Shown here: one piece after another, positions 33,902 through 44,845 of the stretch
Layout: each line of letters starts with the position of its first letter
How positions within the stretch are numbered: the first letter of the stretch is position 1
NCBI GenBank assembly: GCA_937958475.1
Contig: CALFXR010000065.1
Span: 8,617-72,616 of the forward strand
DNA from: an uncultured Mesorhizobium sp.
GTDB taxonomy: Bacteria; Pseudomonadota; Alphaproteobacteria; Rhizobiales; Rhizobiaceae
DNA length: 64,000 nucleotides
Direction of reading: 5' to 3'
The notes under the pieces: generated by a model
What the model was told of the DNA's origin: nothing
What the model saw: the letters and a program-made list of their open reading frames with translations, nothing else
Database searches by the model: none
Program-made: the position numbers and the translations under genes

Positions 33902-36900
33902 ATGGTGGACAGCCAGAAGGGCCGCAAGGCCGGAAATGTCGCAGGGGCAGAGGAAGACGGCGGAGGGTCGCAGAAACTGGCGTCCTTCCTCCTGACGCGG
34001 GCACCGGCGGAGGACGTTTCCTGCTATGAGCCCGGCGAGCTGGAAAAGGCCGCCCGCCGCGCCTGGGCCGCACTGAGCCGGCACCGCCGGGGCGAAAGCG
34101 TCGTCGACATCGACAATGGCGGCGAGGTCCGCCGCCAGGGCCGGCCGGTGACCGTGATCACCGTCGTCAACGACAACATGCCGTTCCTCTTCGATTCGAT
34201 CCTCTCGGAGATCAGCGAGAGCGCCGGCGAGGCGTCTCTCGTCATGCATCCGGTGTTCGCCGTGCGCCACGACGGCACCGGCGTCGCCGAACTGCTCGGC
34301 GAGCCGGGCGCGGCGAAGACCGATGCCGCCGCCGACCGCGTCAGCCTGATCCATGTCCACGTCGCGCCGCTGAGCGACCGCGAGGCCGAGGGCCTGGCGG
34401 AGCGTCTCGGCAGGATCCTCGTCCAGGTGCGCGCGGCGGTGGCCGACTGGAGGCCGATGCTCGCACGCCTCGACCAGGCGATCACCCAATTCCGCTACTC
34501 GCCGGTGCCGCTCGACAAGGACGACGTCGCCGAGGCGATCGCCTTCCTCGAATGGCTGCGCGACGACAACTTCACCTTCCTCGGCATGCGCGAGTTCGTC
34601 TATACCGGCGGCGAGAAGAGCGGAACGCTGGAACGCTCCGACAAGCGCGGCCTCGGCATCCTCGCCGACCCGGACGTGCTCGTGCTGCGCCGCGGCTCCG
34701 AGGCGGTCTCGACCACGCCGGAGATCCGCGCCTTCCTGCATGGGCCCGATCCGCTGATCGTCACCAAGGCCAACGCCAAGTCGGTGGTCCACCGGCGCAT
34801 CTATCTCGACTACGTCGGCATCAAGACCTACGACGACAATGGCGGCCTGTCGGGCGAACTGCGCGTGGTCGGCCTGTTCACCTCGACGGCCTACACGCGC
34901 TCGGTGATGAAGATCCCCTATCTGCGCTCGAAGGTGCAGGCCGTCATCGCCAGGTCCGGCTTCGACCCGAACGACCATTCCGGCAAGGCGCTCATCAACG
35001 TGCTGGAATCCTATCCGCGCGACGAACTGTTCCAGATCGCCGTGCCGACGCTGAGGAGGCACGCCGAATCGATCCTGGCGCTGGGCGAACGGCCGCGGGT
35101 GCGGGCGCTGGTGCGGGCCGATCAGTTCGACCGCTTCGTCTCGGTGATCGTCTTCGTCCCGCGCGACCGCTACGACAGCGGCGTGCGCGAGAAAATCGGC
35201 GCCTACCTCAAGACGATCTTCGAGGGCCGGGTCTCGGCCTTCTATCCCGCCTTCCCGGAAGGCTCGCTGGCGCGCGTCCACTTCATCATCGGCCGTTCCG
35301 GCGGAAAGACGCCGAAGGTCGAACCGGAGACCATCGAGGCCGGCATCCGCGACATCATCCGCACCTGGGACGACGGCCTGCGCGAGGCGGCCGCGGACGC
35401 CGGCGCCGATGCCTCGCTCGCCGCGATCGCCGGGCGATTGCCGGAGAGCTACCGCGGGTCCTTCTCGCCTGGGGAGGCGCTGGCGGACGCCGGCCGCATC
35501 GCCCGCCTCGACGTCGGACGGACGATCGCCATCGACTACTACCGCCATGCCGGCCAGGCCGAAACGCAGGCCGCGCTGAAGATCTACCATTTCGGCGAGC
35601 CGGTCTCGCTGTCGCGACGCGTGCCGGTGCTGGAGAACATCGGCTTCCGCGTCATCAGCGAACGCACCTTCGAGGTACCCGACGGCGAAAGGCCGACCGT
35701 CTTCATCCACGACATGGAGCTGGAGAGCGCTTTTGGCCAGCCGATCGACCTTTCCGACGGCGGTGCGCTGTTCGAGGACGTCTTCCTCTCGGTCTGGCGC
35801 GGCGACAGCGACAATGACGGCTACAATTCGCTCGCCTCGACCGCCGGGCTCAATTCCGCGGAAATCCGCGTGCTGCGCGCCTACGGCCGCTACCTGCAGC
35901 AGGCCGGCATCCCGCAGAGCCAGGACTTCATCGCCGGCACGCTCAACCGCTACCCGCAGATCGCGCGCGGCCTGCACCAGCTGTTCGTCGCGCTGTTCGA
36001 TCCGGCGCAGGCAGAAGGCGAGGTCACGGCACGCCACCTCAAGGCCAAGATCAAGGACGAGCTCGACGCCGTCCCCAGCATCGACGACGACACCATCATC
36101 CGCCGCTTCCTCAACCTGATCGAGGCGACGCTGCGCACCAACCATTTCGTGCCCGACCGGCCGGAGGGCGTCTCGTTCGCGTTCAAGCTCGATTCCAGGG
36201 CAGTCACCGGCCTGCCGGAGCCGCGACCCTGGCGCGAGATCTTCGTCTACGGCCCCGAGGTCGAGGGCGTGCACCTGCGCTTCGGCCCGGTCGCGCGCGG
36301 CGGGCTGCGCTGGTCCGACCGCGCCCAGGACTACCGCACCGAGGTGCTCGGCCTGGTCAAGGCGCAGCAGGTGAAGAACGCCGTCATCGTGCCGGTCGGC
36401 GCCAAGGGCGGCTTCTATCCGAAGAAGCTGCCCGCCGGCGGCAGCCGCGACGCGGTGTTCGAGGCCGGGCGGCAGGCCTATGTCAACTTCGTCTCCAGCC
36501 TGCTCTCGATCACCGACAATCTCGACGCCGGCGCGGTCGTCCCGCCTGCCCATGTCGTGCGCCGCGACGCCGACGACCCCTATTTCGTCGTCGCCGCCGA
36601 CAAGGGCACCGCGACCTTCTCCGACACCGCCAATTCGATCAGCCAGGCGCACGGCTTCTGGCTCGACGACGCCTTCGCCTCCGGCGGCTCGGCCGGCTAC
36701 GACCACAAGAAGATGGGCATCACCGCCCGGGGCGCCTGGGAAGCGGTCAAGCGCCATTTCCGCGAGATGAACCGCGACATCCAGACGACGCCCTTCACCT
36801 GCGTCGGCGTCGGCGACATGTCGGGCGACGTGTTCGGCAACGGCATGCTTCTCTCGGAAGAGACGCGGCTCATCGCCGCCTTCGACCACCGCGACATCTT

Positions 36901-38683
36901 CATCGACCCCGATCCGGATCCGGCTGCGACGATGGATGAGCGCCGGCGCCTGTTCGCCCTGCCGCGCTCGTCCTGGCAGGACTACGACAAGACGAAGCTC
37001 TCCGCCGGCGGCATGATCGTGCCGCGCACGCTAAAGTCGGTGACGCTGACGGCCGAGGCGGCCGCCGCGATCGGCATCGGCAAGACCGTGGCGACGCCCG
37101 GCGAGATCATGAGCGCCATCCTCAGGGCGCCGGTCGACCTGCTCTGGTTCGGCGGCATCGGCACCTATGTGCGCGCCACGGGCGAGAGCAACGCCGACGT
37201 CGGCGACCGCGCCAATGACGGCATCCGCGTCACCGCCTCCGAAGTTCGGGCGAAGGTGATCGGCGAGGGCGCCAATCTCGGCGTCACCCAGCGCGCCCGC
37301 ATCGAGTTCGGCCTCGCCGGCGGCGCCTGCAACTCCGACGCGATCGACAACTCCGGCGGCGTCAACTCCTCCGACGTCGAGGTCAACATCAAGATCGCGC
37401 TGGCCCAGGCCATGCGCTCGGGATCGCTCACCCGCGCCGATCGCAACGTGCTGCTGGCCGAGATGACCGACGAGGTGGGCAGGCTGGTGCTGGCCAACAA
37501 CTACGAACAGACACTCGCGCTTTCCGTGGTGCAGCGCCGCGGCATCGCCGACCTCGCCCACCAGACGCGCTTCATGACCATGCTCGAGGCGCGCGGCCTG
37601 CTCGACCGCGCTGTCGAGTACCTGCCGTCGCCGGCGGCGCTGGCGGAGCGGCAGGTCCGCGGAGAGCCGCTGACCCGGGCCGAGATCGGCGTGCTGCTCG
37701 CCTACGCCAAGATCGTGCTGTTCTCCGACATCGTCGCCAGCCCGTTGCCGGATGACCCGCATTTCGAGGCGGACCTGTTCGGCTACTTCCCCGGGCGCAT
37801 GCGCGAGCGCTACGCCGGCGAGATCCGCGGCCACCGGCTGCGCCGCGAGATCGTCGCCACCGTCGTCGCCAACGACCTCGTCAACCGCGGCGGACCGTCC
37901 TTCGTCAGCCGCCTGCAGGATGCGACCGGCCGCGGCCCGGCAGAGGTGGTGCGCGCCTACGAGGTGGCGCGCGGCGGCTTCGCGCTGCCGGCGCTCCATG
38001 CCGAGATCGACGCGCTCGACAACCGCGTCGACGGAAAGGCGCAGCTCGGCTTCTACGAGTCCGTCGTGCGCCTGCTGCGCGCGGCCACCGCCTGGCTGCT
38101 CAAGCACGGCGATCCGTCGCTGCCGGTCGGCGACGAGATCCAGGCGCTCGGCAATGCGCGCGCCGCGGTCGAGCCGGTGCTGATGGCGATCCTGCCTCCA
38201 TTCATGCGCGACAGGCACGAGGCGCGGCGCGCGGGCTTTGCCGCGGCGGGGGCGCCGGCGAAGCTCGCCGAACACCTCGCCGCGCTCGACGTCTACGAGC
38301 TGATCCCCGACATCGCCCTGGTCGGCCGCCAGGCCGGCGTGGCGGCGGAGACCGCGGCACGCGCCTTCTTCGGCGTCAGCGAGGCGTTCCGCATCGGCCG
38401 CATCGAGGACGCCGCCCGCGCCATCCAGCCGTCGGACTACTATGACGGCCTTGCGCTTTCGCGGGCGAATGACATGATCGGCGCCGCACGACGCGGCATC
38501 GCGATTTCGGCCCTGGCCTCGTTCGGCACGGCCGCGGATCCGGTGGCGGCATGGATCGAGGCGGGCGGCGAGCGCATCGCAAGGGCGCGCGAGCGCCTGC
38601 AGGCGCTGACGGAGGGCGGGGACATCACCGTCTCGCGCCTGTCGGTGGCCGCCGGGCTGATGGGCGACCTGACCGGTCTGTAG
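33902..38683 (+). CDS. gdhB: NAD-specific glutamate dehydrogenase, large (about 1600 aa) class
   Basis: 1593 aa from the ATG at 33902, which is preceded by GGGAGGA. The catalytic core reads LRFGPVARGGLRWSDR...VKNAVIVPVGAKGGF...VVAADKGTATFSD...GVGDMSGDVFGNGML. Confidence 0.9.
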   Translation: MVDSQKGRKAGNVAGAEEDGGGSQKLASFLLTRAPAEDVSCYEPGELEKAARRAWAALSRHRRGESVVDIDNGGEVRRQGRPVTVITVVNDNMPFLFDSILSEISESAGEASLVMHPVFAVRHDGTGVAELLGEPGAAKTDAAADRVSLIHVHVAPLSDREAEGLAERLGRILVQVRAAVADWRPMLARLDQAITQFRYSPVPLDKDDVAEAIAFLEWLRDDNFTFLGMREFVYTGGEKSGTLERSDKRGLGILADPDVLVLRRGSEAVSTTPEIRAFLHGPDPLIVTKANAKSVVHRRIYLDYVGIKTYDDNGGLSGELRVVGLFTSTAYTRSVMKIPYLRSKVQAVIARSGFDPNDHSGKALINVLESYPRDELFQIAVPTLRRHAESILALGERPRVRALVRADQFDRFVSVIVFVPRDRYDSGVREKIGAYLKTIFEGRVSAFYPAFPEGSLARVHFIIGRSGGKTPKVEPETIEAGIRDIIRTWDDGLREAAADAGADASLAAIAGRLPESYRGSFSPGEALADAGRIARLDVGRTIAIDYYRHAGQAETQAALKIYHFGEPVSLSRRVPVLENIGFRVISERTFEVPDGERPTVFIHDMELESAFGQPIDLSDGGALFEDVFLSVWRGDSDNDGYNSLASTAGLNSAEIRVLRAYGRYLQQAGIPQSQDFIAGTLNRYPQIARGLHQLFVALFDPAQAEGEVTARHLKAKIKDELDAVPSIDDDTIIRRFLNLIEATLRTNHFVPDRPEGVSFAFKLDSRAVTGLPEPRPWREIFVYGPEVEGVHLRFGPVARGGLRWSDRAQDYRTEVLGLVKAQQVKNAVIVPVGAKGGFYPKKLPAGGSRDAVFEAGRQAYVNFVSSLLSITDNLDAGAVVPPAHVVRRDADDPYFVVAADKGTATFSDTANSISQAHGFWLDDAFASGGSAGYDHKKMGITARGAWEAVKRHFREMNRDIQTTPFTCVGVGDMSGDVFGNGMLLSEETRLIAAFDHRDIFIDPDPDPAATMDERRRLFALPRSSWQDYDKTKLSAGGMIVPRTLKSVTLTAEAAAAIGIGKTVATPGEIMSAILRAPVDLLWFGGIGTYVRATGESNADVGDRANDGIRVTASEVRAKVIGEGANLGVTQRARIEFGLAGGACNSDAIDNSGGVNSSDVEVNIKIALAQAMRSGSLTRADRNVLLAEMTDEVGRLVLANNYEQTLALSVVQRRGIADLAHQTRFMTMLEARGLLDRAVEYLPSPAALAERQVRGEPLTRAEIGVLLAYAKIVLFSDIVASPLPDDPHFEADLFGYFPGRMRERYAGEIRGHRLRREIVATVVANDLVNRGGPSFVSRLQDATGRGPAEVVRAYEVARGGFALPALHAEIDALDNRVDGKAQLGFYESVVRLLRAATAWLLKHGDPSLPVGDEIQALGNARAAVEPVLMAILPPFMRDRHEARRAGFAAAGAPAKLAEHLAALDVYELIPDIALVGRQAGVAAETAARAFFGVSEAFRIGRIEDAARAIQPSDYYDGLALSRANDMIGAARRGIAISALASFGTAADPVAAWIEAGGERIARARERLQALTEGGDITVSRLSVAAGLMGDLTGL

Positions 38684-38713
38684 GCATTTGGATTGAGGGG
38701 ACCGGGGGACGAC

Positions 38714-40108
38714 ATGGCCGAAGCAGAGTTCAAGCGCGCGCCGAAGCGCGGCATCTGGGGATGGATGCTGTTCGATTGGGCGCAGCAGCCGTTCCACACG
38801 CTGATCATCACCTTCGTCTTCGCCCCCTACTTTGCCGCCGCCGTGGCGCCCGATCCGACCAAGGGCCAGGAATTGTGGGGCTACGCCACCGGCATCGGCG
38901 GCCTGATCATCGCGCTGTCGTCGCCGGTGCTCGGCGCCATCGCCGACGCGTCCGGTCCGCGCAAGCCGTGGATCCTGCTGTTCTCGATCGTCGGCATCAT
39001 CGGCTGCTGGATGCTGTGGTTCGCCGTGCCCGGATCGCAGGAGATGGCCTTCGTCATGCTCGCCATCGTGCTGGCGCTGATCGGCATGGAGTTCGCGGCG
39101 GTGTTCAACAACGCCATGATGCCCGACCTGGTGCCCCGCTCCGAGCTCGGCCGCCTGTCCGGATCGGCGTGGGGGCTGGGCTATGTCGGCGGCATCATCT
39201 CGCTGGTCATCGTGCTCGGCCTGCTCTCGGGATCGCCGACCACGGGCAAGACGCTGCTCGGGCTCGATCCGCTGTTCGGCTTCGACCCCGCCATGCGCGA
39301 GGGCGACCGCGCCTCGGGCCCGCTGACCGCGATGTGGTACGCGATCTTCATCCTGCCGATGTTCCTGTTCACGCCGGACGTCGTGCGTCGCGCGGCGTCC
39401 AAGGGCGCCGTGCGCCGAGGCCTTGCGCAGCTCGGCGCGACGCTGCGCGGCCTGCCGTCGGACCGCAGCTACTTCAGCTTCCTGCTCTCCTCGATGTTCT
39501 ACCGCGATGCGCTGAACGCGCTCTATTCGTTCGGCGGCATCTACGCCGCTGGCGTGCTCGGCTGGTCGATCATCCAGATCGGCGTGTTCGGCATCCTCGC
39601 CAACCTGACCGGCGCCATTGGCGCCTGGCTCGGCGGCCGCGCCGACCAGGCCTGGGGGCCGAAGCCGGTGGTCAGCATCTCCATCCTGGTCCTGTCGCTG
39701 TGCTGCCTGCTGGTGATCTCGACGACCAAGACAGAGGTCCTGTTCATGACGGTCGCGGCTGAAGGCGCGGACAGCACCATCCCCGACATCATGTTCTACA
39801 TCGCCGGGGCCCTGATCGGCGCCGCCGGCGGCTCGATCCAGGCTTCGTCGCGCACGCTGCTCGTCGACCAGGTCGACCGCGACCGCGTCACCGAGGCTTT
39901 CGGCCTCTACGCGCTGTCGGGCAAGGCGACGACCTTCATCGGCCCGCTGGCGATCGCCTTCGCCACCGCCTTCTTCGCCTCGGAATCGTTCGGCCTGTCG
40001 CCGGTCGACGCACAGCGGCTCGGCGTGACGCCGATCATCGTATTGTTCGTCGTCGGCCTCGCCCTGCTGCCGGTGGTGCGGACCAGGGCCTACCAGAAGC
40101 CGGCGTGA
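38714..40108 (+). CDS. MFS transporter, UMF1 (Atg22-like) family
   Basis: MAEAEFKRAPKRGIWGWMLFDWAQQPFHTLIITFVFAPYF is the typical UMF1 N-terminus. About 12 TM segments. Confidence 0.8.
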   Translation: MAEAEFKRAPKRGIWGWMLFDWAQQPFHTLIITFVFAPYFAAAVAPDPTKGQELWGYATGIGGLIIALSSPVLGAIADASGPRKPWILLFSIVGIIGCWMLWFAVPGSQEMAFVMLAIVLALIGMEFAAVFNNAMMPDLVPRSELGRLSGSAWGLGYVGGIISLVIVLGLLSGSPTTGKTLLGLDPLFGFDPAMREGDRASGPLTAMWYAIFILPMFLFTPDVVRRAASKGAVRRGLAQLGATLRGLPSDRSYFSFLLSSMFYRDALNALYSFGGIYAAGVLGWSIIQIGVFGILANLTGAIGAWLGGRADQAWGPKPVVSISILVLSLCCLLVISTTKTEVLFMTVAAEGADSTIPDIMFYIAGALIGAAGGSIQASSRTLLVDQVDRDRVTEAFGLYALSGKATTFIGPLAIAFATAFFASESFGLSPVDAQRLGVTPIIVLFVVGLALLPVVRTRAYQKPA

Positions 40109-40121
40109 GCCGGCTTCGCCG

Positions 40122-40388
40122 TCAGAAGTCGGCGGTGAGGCCCTTCACCTCCCAGTCGCCGTAGCGACCGGGCTCGTGGCCGCCGCGGCCGCCGATCTCC
40201 CTCGGGCGCGACGCCTCGACGCGGCGGTACTCCTCGCGCCGCGCCTCTGCCTCCGCGAGCGCCCGCTCGGCGGCGGGGCTGAGCGTCTTCGCCGGCGCGG
40301 CCGAGGGTCGGCCTTCGTCCGGAGAACCGGCCGGGGGAGCGGCCGCGGACGTCGGGAGCGGCGGGGTCGGGGCGGTGTCGTCGGTCAT
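40122..40388 (-). CDS. DUF1674 (SDHAF4-like) protein
   Basis: The C-terminus [25 protein letters not shown] is the DUF1674 hallmark. Confidence 0.8.
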   Translation of the reverse strand: MTDDTAPTPPLPTSAAAPPAGSPDEGRPSAAPAKTLSPAAERALAEAEARREEYRRVEASRPREIGGRGGHEPGRYGDWEVKGLTADF

Positions 40389-40500
40389 GGCACAGGTTCC
40401 GGAGGGCGCGAGGATTGAAAGGCCTCGCGGTTCTTCCCATCATATAGTCCGACTGCGATCGGGGATCGACCCCGGCCGGTACCGAACACGGGAAAGAGGA

Positions 40501-41556
40501 ATGAACACGATCCGCACTGCGATGCTCCTGGCGGCGATGACCGCGCTCTTCATGGGCGTCGGCTACCTCATCGGCGGCTCGGGCGGCATGACGATCGCAT
40601 TCCTGATCGCCGCCGCGATGAACCTGTTCAGCTACTGGAACGCCGACAAGATGGTGCTGCGCATGCACCATGCGGTCGAGGTCGACGAAAGAAGCGCGCC
40701 GGAGTTCTACGGCATCGTGCGCGACCTCGCAGCGCGCGCCGGCCTGCCGATGCCGAAGGTCTACCTGATCGACAGCCCGCAGCCCAACGCCTTCGCCACC
40801 GGCCGCAACCCGGAAAACGCCGCCGTCGCCGCTACCACCGGCCTGCTCCAGCGCCTCTCCTACGAGGAGGCCGCCGGCGTGATGGCGCACGAGTTGGCGC
40901 ATGTGAAGAACCGCGACACGCTGACCATGACGGTGACGGCAACGCTCGCCGGCGCCATCTCCATGCTCGGCAACTTCGCCTTCTTCTTCGGCGGCAACCG
41001 CGACAACAACAATCCGCTCGGCTTCGTCGGCGTGCTCGTGGCGATGATCGTCGCCCCTCTCGCCGCGGCCATGGTGCAGATGGCGATCAGCCGCACGCGT
41101 GAATATTCCGCCGACCGGCTCGGCGCCGAGATCTGCGGCCATCCGCTCTGGCTCGCCTCGGCGCTCGACAAGATCGCCGCCGCGTCGGGACGCATCCGCA
41201 ACGAGGACGCCGAGCGCAACCCGGCGACGGCGCACATGTTCATCGTCAACCCGCTGTCGGGCGAACGCATGGACAACCTGTTCTCGACGCACCCGGCGAC
41301 CGAGAATCGAATCGCCGCGCTGGAGCAGCTCGCCCAGCAGTGGCAGGCGGATGCGCGCGGCGGTCCGGCGCGGCCCCGCGCCGCGGAACGCCGTGCACCC
41401 CCTCCCGAGCCCGCGGAACCCTCCGCAGCGCCGAAGGCCGGTCCTTGGGGAACTCCCGAGGCTGCCGAGGCGCCTCCGGTGCCGACCCCGCCGCAGAAGA
41501 AGCCTTCGGGACGCTGGGGCCGCAGCCCGACCGGACCGAAGGGTCCGTGGTCGTGA
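40501..41556 (+). CDS. htpX: zinc metalloprotease HtpX
   Basis: [26 protein letters not shown]...[23 protein letters not shown]...[13 protein letters not shown]. The C-terminal tail is Pro-rich. Confidence 0.9.
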   Translation: MNTIRTAMLLAAMTALFMGVGYLIGGSGGMTIAFLIAAAMNLFSYWNADKMVLRMHHAVEVDERSAPEFYGIVRDLAARAGLPMPKVYLIDSPQPNAFATGRNPENAAVAATTGLLQRLSYEEAAGVMAHELAHVKNRDTLTMTVTATLAGAISMLGNFAFFFGGNRDNNNPLGFVGVLVAMIVAPLAAAMVQMAISRTREYSADRLGAEICGHPLWLASALDKIAAASGRIRNEDAERNPATAHMFIVNPLSGERMDNLFSTHPATENRIAALEQLAQQWQADARGGPARPRAAERRAPPPEPAEPSAAPKAGPWGTPEAAEAPPVPTPPQKKPSGRWGRSPTGPKGPWS

Positions 41557-42947
41557 CCGAGGCGGCTGCCCAGCCGGGCCGGGGCAGGGCCGATCGCAGG
41601 CAGGAACCGGACGAAGGCGTCGCCGGCCTCGCGGCGCGCCAGGTGGCGGCGCGGCTGCTCGGCGCCGTCATCGACGCGAAGACGCCGCTCGACGCGCTGA
41701 CCGACGCCGAGCACGGCCACCCGCAGTTCCGCGCGCTCTCGCCGCGCGACCGTTCGCTGGTCAAGGCGATCCTCGCCACGGCATTGCGCTACCGCATCAC
41801 CGTCGGTGCCCTGATCGCGCGGCGGCTCGACCGCCCGCTGCCGCAGAACGCGCGCTCGCTCGAGCACATCCTCCACGTCGCCGCCGCGCAGATGCTGTTC
41901 CTCGACGTGCCCGACCGCGCGGCGGTCGACATGGCCGTCGCCCACGCCAAGTCCGACCCCCGGACCGTCCGTTTCTCCGGCCTCGTCAACGCCGTGCTGC
42001 GCGCACTCGGCCGGGTGAAGGAACGCGCGCTTCCCGCCGCGCTCGCGGCAAGCGACGACGCTCCCGACTGGTTCTCGCGACGCCTGAAATCGGCCTATGG
42101 CGAGGAGCGAGCTGCGGCGATCCTCGCAGCGCACCGCGCCGAGCCGCCGATCGATTTCACCGTGAAGTCGGACGCGCACGGCTGGGCGGAGCGCTTCGGC
42201 GGCATCGTCCTGCCGACGGGAAGCGTTCGCGTCGCCAGGCTTCCCGGGCCGGTCCAGGACCTGCCGGGCTTCGCCGAGGGCGAATGGTGGGTGCAGGATG
42301 CCGCCGCGGCGCTGCCCGCGCGCCTTCTCGGCGACGTGCGCGGCCTTGCCGTCGCCGACCTCTGCGCCGCGCCCGGCGGCAAGACGGCGCAACTCGCGGC
42401 CGCCGGCGCACGGGTCACCGCGATCGACCAGTCGCGCAGCCGCCTCAGGCGGCTCACCGCCAATCTCGACAGGTTGAAGCTCGCAGCGGACATCGTCGAG
42501 GCCGACCTTCTCACCTACGTTCCGCCCACGCTCTTCGACGCCGTGCTGCTCGACGCACCGTGCTCCTCGACCGGCACCGTGCGCCGGCATCCCGACGTCC
42601 CGTGGACGAAAGGACCGGCCGACATCGCCAAGCTCGCCGGCCTGCAACGGCGGCTTCTCGAACGCGCCGTCGGCATGGTCAGGCCCGGCGGTCTCGTCGT
42701 CTTCTCCAACTGTTCGCTCGATCCGGAGGAGGGCGAGGCCCTGCGCGCCGCCTTCCTGTCGTCGGACCCCGGAGCCGTCGCCGATCCGATCCGCGCGGAC
42801 GAACTTCCCGGGACCGCCGCGTTCGTCACGCCGGAAGGAACGTTGCGCACGACGCCCGCCGACCTCGTCGGCGAGAACATTTCGCTGTCGGGCATGGACG
42901 GCTTCTTCGCGGCGCGCTTCCGCCGTGCCGGTTCCGGCTCGGGATAA
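41547..42947 (+). CDS. rsmB: 16S rRNA (cytosine-C5) methyltransferase RsmB/Sun family
   Basis: A NusB-like N-terminal half is followed by a SAM methyltransferase ([27 protein letters not shown]). A GTG start at 41547 or 41553 overlaps the end of htpX. Confidence 0.8.
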   Translation: MVVTEAAAQPGRGRADRRQEPDEGVAGLAARQVAARLLGAVIDAKTPLDALTDAEHGHPQFRALSPRDRSLVKAILATALRYRITVGALIARRLDRPLPQNARSLEHILHVAAAQMLFLDVPDRAAVDMAVAHAKSDPRTVRFSGLVNAVLRALGRVKERALPAALAASDDAPDWFSRRLKSAYGEERAAAILAAHRAEPPIDFTVKSDAHGWAERFGGIVLPTGSVRVARLPGPVQDLPGFAEGEWWVQDAAAALPARLLGDVRGLAVADLCAAPGGKTAQLAAAGARVTAIDQSRSRLRRLTANLDRLKLAADIVEADLLTYVPPTLFDAVLLDAPCSSTGTVRRHPDVPWTKGPADIAKLAGLQRRLLERAVGMVRPGGLVVFSNCSLDPEEGEALRAAFLSSDPGAVADPIRADELPGTAAFVTPEGTLRTTPADLVGENISLSGMDGFFAARFRRAGSGSG

Positions 42948-43023
42948 CCGAATTTAGGCTCTCCCGCATCGCCATTAATCCACTAAGTTGGCGCGGGTGG
43001 CTACAACCGGTGGAGGTAGGAGT

Positions 43024-44745
43024 TTGGGACGTGCGGGGAGCGGCACGCAGCGTTTGTGGGCGCTGGTCGCGCGCGAGACGTGGCATCGCGCGTGCCGCCG
43101 CATCCGCTCGGGACCCGTCTACCGCTGGCGCTATGCCGGCCGCACGCCCGAACGCGTGCTCGTCGCGCCGCCCGATCTCCGTCTCGCCGACCCGCAGATT
43201 GCGCTGGAGATCTACTACGGCCGGTTCCCGCTGTCGGGACACCTCGTCGAGACCGGCGGCCGCTCCCCCTTCCAGATCGAAGTCGCCGACCGCCGCTGGA
43301 ACCGCTCCCTGCACGGCTTTCGCTGGCTCAGGCACATGCGGGCGGCGGGCTCGGACCTCGCCGCGGCGAACGCCAGGGCCCTGGTCTCCGACTGGATCGC
43401 GATTCACGGCAACCGCATCTCGGGCGTCGCCTGGGACCCGGCGGTCACCGCCCGGCGCATCATCGCCTGGTTGCAGCACTCCTCCGTCGTCCTCCAGGGC
43501 GCGGAGTACGCCTTCTATCGCTCCTTCCTCCGCTCGCTGGCGGTGCAGATACGCTATCTGCGCTCGATGGCCCGCGACATGGACGACGGCAAGCACAGGC
43601 TGCGCGCGCGTATCGCGCTCGCCTACGCCGCCCTGGCGCTGCCTGCCTCCCCCTCGACCGCGCGGACCGCCAGCCGCAACCTGTCGCAGGAACTCGAAAG
43701 CCAGATACTGCCCGACGGCGGCCATATCTCGCGCAATCCGATGGTCATGATGGAGTTGCTCGCCGACCTCCTTCCGCTCCGCCAGACCTTCGCCAACCAG
43801 GCCGAGGCGCCACCGCAGGCCCTGATCGGCGCCGTCGAGCGCATGCTGCCGGCCCTGCGCTTCTTCCGCCACCAGGACGGCGGGCTCGCCCGCTTCAACG
43901 GAATGGGCGTGACCATTCCCGACCGCATCGTGTCGATCCTGCGGCACGACGACACGGAAGGCGCGCCGCTGCTGCATGCGCCCTATTCCGGATACGAGCG
44001 CCTTTCGCTGGGCGACGTCACGGTCCTCGCCGACACCGGGGCGCCGCCGCCGGCGGCCGTTTCGGGAGCCGCCCATGCCGGCTGCCTGTCATTCGAGCTC
44101 TCCTCCGGCCGCCAGTGCTTCATCGTCAACTGCGGCGTCGACACGTTCGGCTCGGAGGATTTCAGGCCGCTGGCGCGGGCCACCGCGGCGCACTCGACGC
44201 TCACCCTCAACGACACCTCCTCGGCCCGGTTCAGCTATCCGCCGCGCATCAGCCGGGTGATCGGATGGCCGCTGATCGACGGGCCCCATGCGCCCCGGTG
44301 CGAACGCACCGATCGGGAGGGCGCCCAGGGGTTCGTCGCCTCCCATGACGGTTATGCGTCGCGCTTCGGCCTCTATCACGAGCGCGAGCTTTACCTGACG
44401 GCGAACGGCAGCCTTCTCGAAGGGCGCGACCGCATCTTTCGCGCCGGCGGGGAGCCGCCGAGGGACAACGGGCGCGACCAGGCAACGCTGCGCTTCCACA
44501 TCCATCCCGACGTGAATGTGCTCCGGGCCGAGGACGGCCGCCTTCTCCTCGGTGCGCAGGGGACCGATGTCTGGGCCTTCTCCGCCGACGGTTTCGAACC
44601 TGCGGTGGAGGAATCGATCTTCTTCGCCGCGATCGTCGGGCCGCGACGCTCGCGTCAGATCGTCGTTGCCTGGAAGGCATCGCAGGCGCCGCAGATCCGC
44701 TGGCGGCTGGAGCGGATCCGCGCCGCGGCGACGACGAAGAACTGA
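43024..44745 (+). CDS. heparinase II/III family protein
   Basis: ORF 42988..44745. It sits between rsmB and purH, as is common in Rhizobiales. It carries the motif HGFRWLRHM...ARRIIAWL...[10 protein letters not shown] favour the TTG at 43024, downstream of GGAGGTAGGAG; the start is uncertain. Confidence 0.75.
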   Translation: MGRAGSGTQRLWALVARETWHRACRRIRSGPVYRWRYAGRTPERVLVAPPDLRLADPQIALEIYYGRFPLSGHLVETGGRSPFQIEVADRRWNRSLHGFRWLRHMRAAGSDLAAANARALVSDWIAIHGNRISGVAWDPAVTARRIIAWLQHSSVVLQGAEYAFYRSFLRSLAVQIRYLRSMARDMDDGKHRLRARIALAYAALALPASPSTARTASRNLSQELESQILPDGGHISRNPMVMMELLADLLPLRQTFANQAEAPPQALIGAVERMLPALRFFRHQDGGLARFNGMGVTIPDRIVSILRHDDTEGAPLLHAPYSGYERLSLGDVTVLADTGAPPPAAVSGAAHAGCLSFELSSGRQCFIVNCGVDTFGSEDFRPLARATAAHSTLTLNDTSSARFSYPPRISRVIGWPLIDGPHAPRCERTDREGAQGFVASHDGYASRFGLYHERELYLTANGSLLEGRDRIFRAGGEPPRDNGRDQATLRFHIHPDVNVLRAEDGRLLLGAQGTDVWAFSADGFEPAVEESIFFAAIVGPRRSRQIVVAWKASQAPQIRWRLERIRAAATTKN

Positions 44746-44845
44746 CCGCCGCAATTGCGGCGCTGCGGCTCGTTCGCGCAGTTCCTCTCTCCTGCTTTGT
44801 GTGTTAGGCGGCGGCGCATCCGCCAGAAGATACAGGAGACGCCGC

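Noticed and set aside
33782-36889. N-terminal 1036 aa of the 1224-aa minus-strand ORF 33215..36889
   Set aside because: It is antisense to the large NAD-glutamate dehydrogenase gene and has a nonsense composition. Only the C-terminal 188 aa (the AhpD-like protein, 33215-33781) are real.
44516-44845. 110-aa N-terminal extension of purH, and similar upstream extensions of typA, htpX, leuS, yggS, ppa and pdxK in the ORF track
   Set aside because: The extensions are Arg/Pro-rich and overlap the preceding genes. The internal Met gives the canonical conserved N-terminus and a normal protein length.
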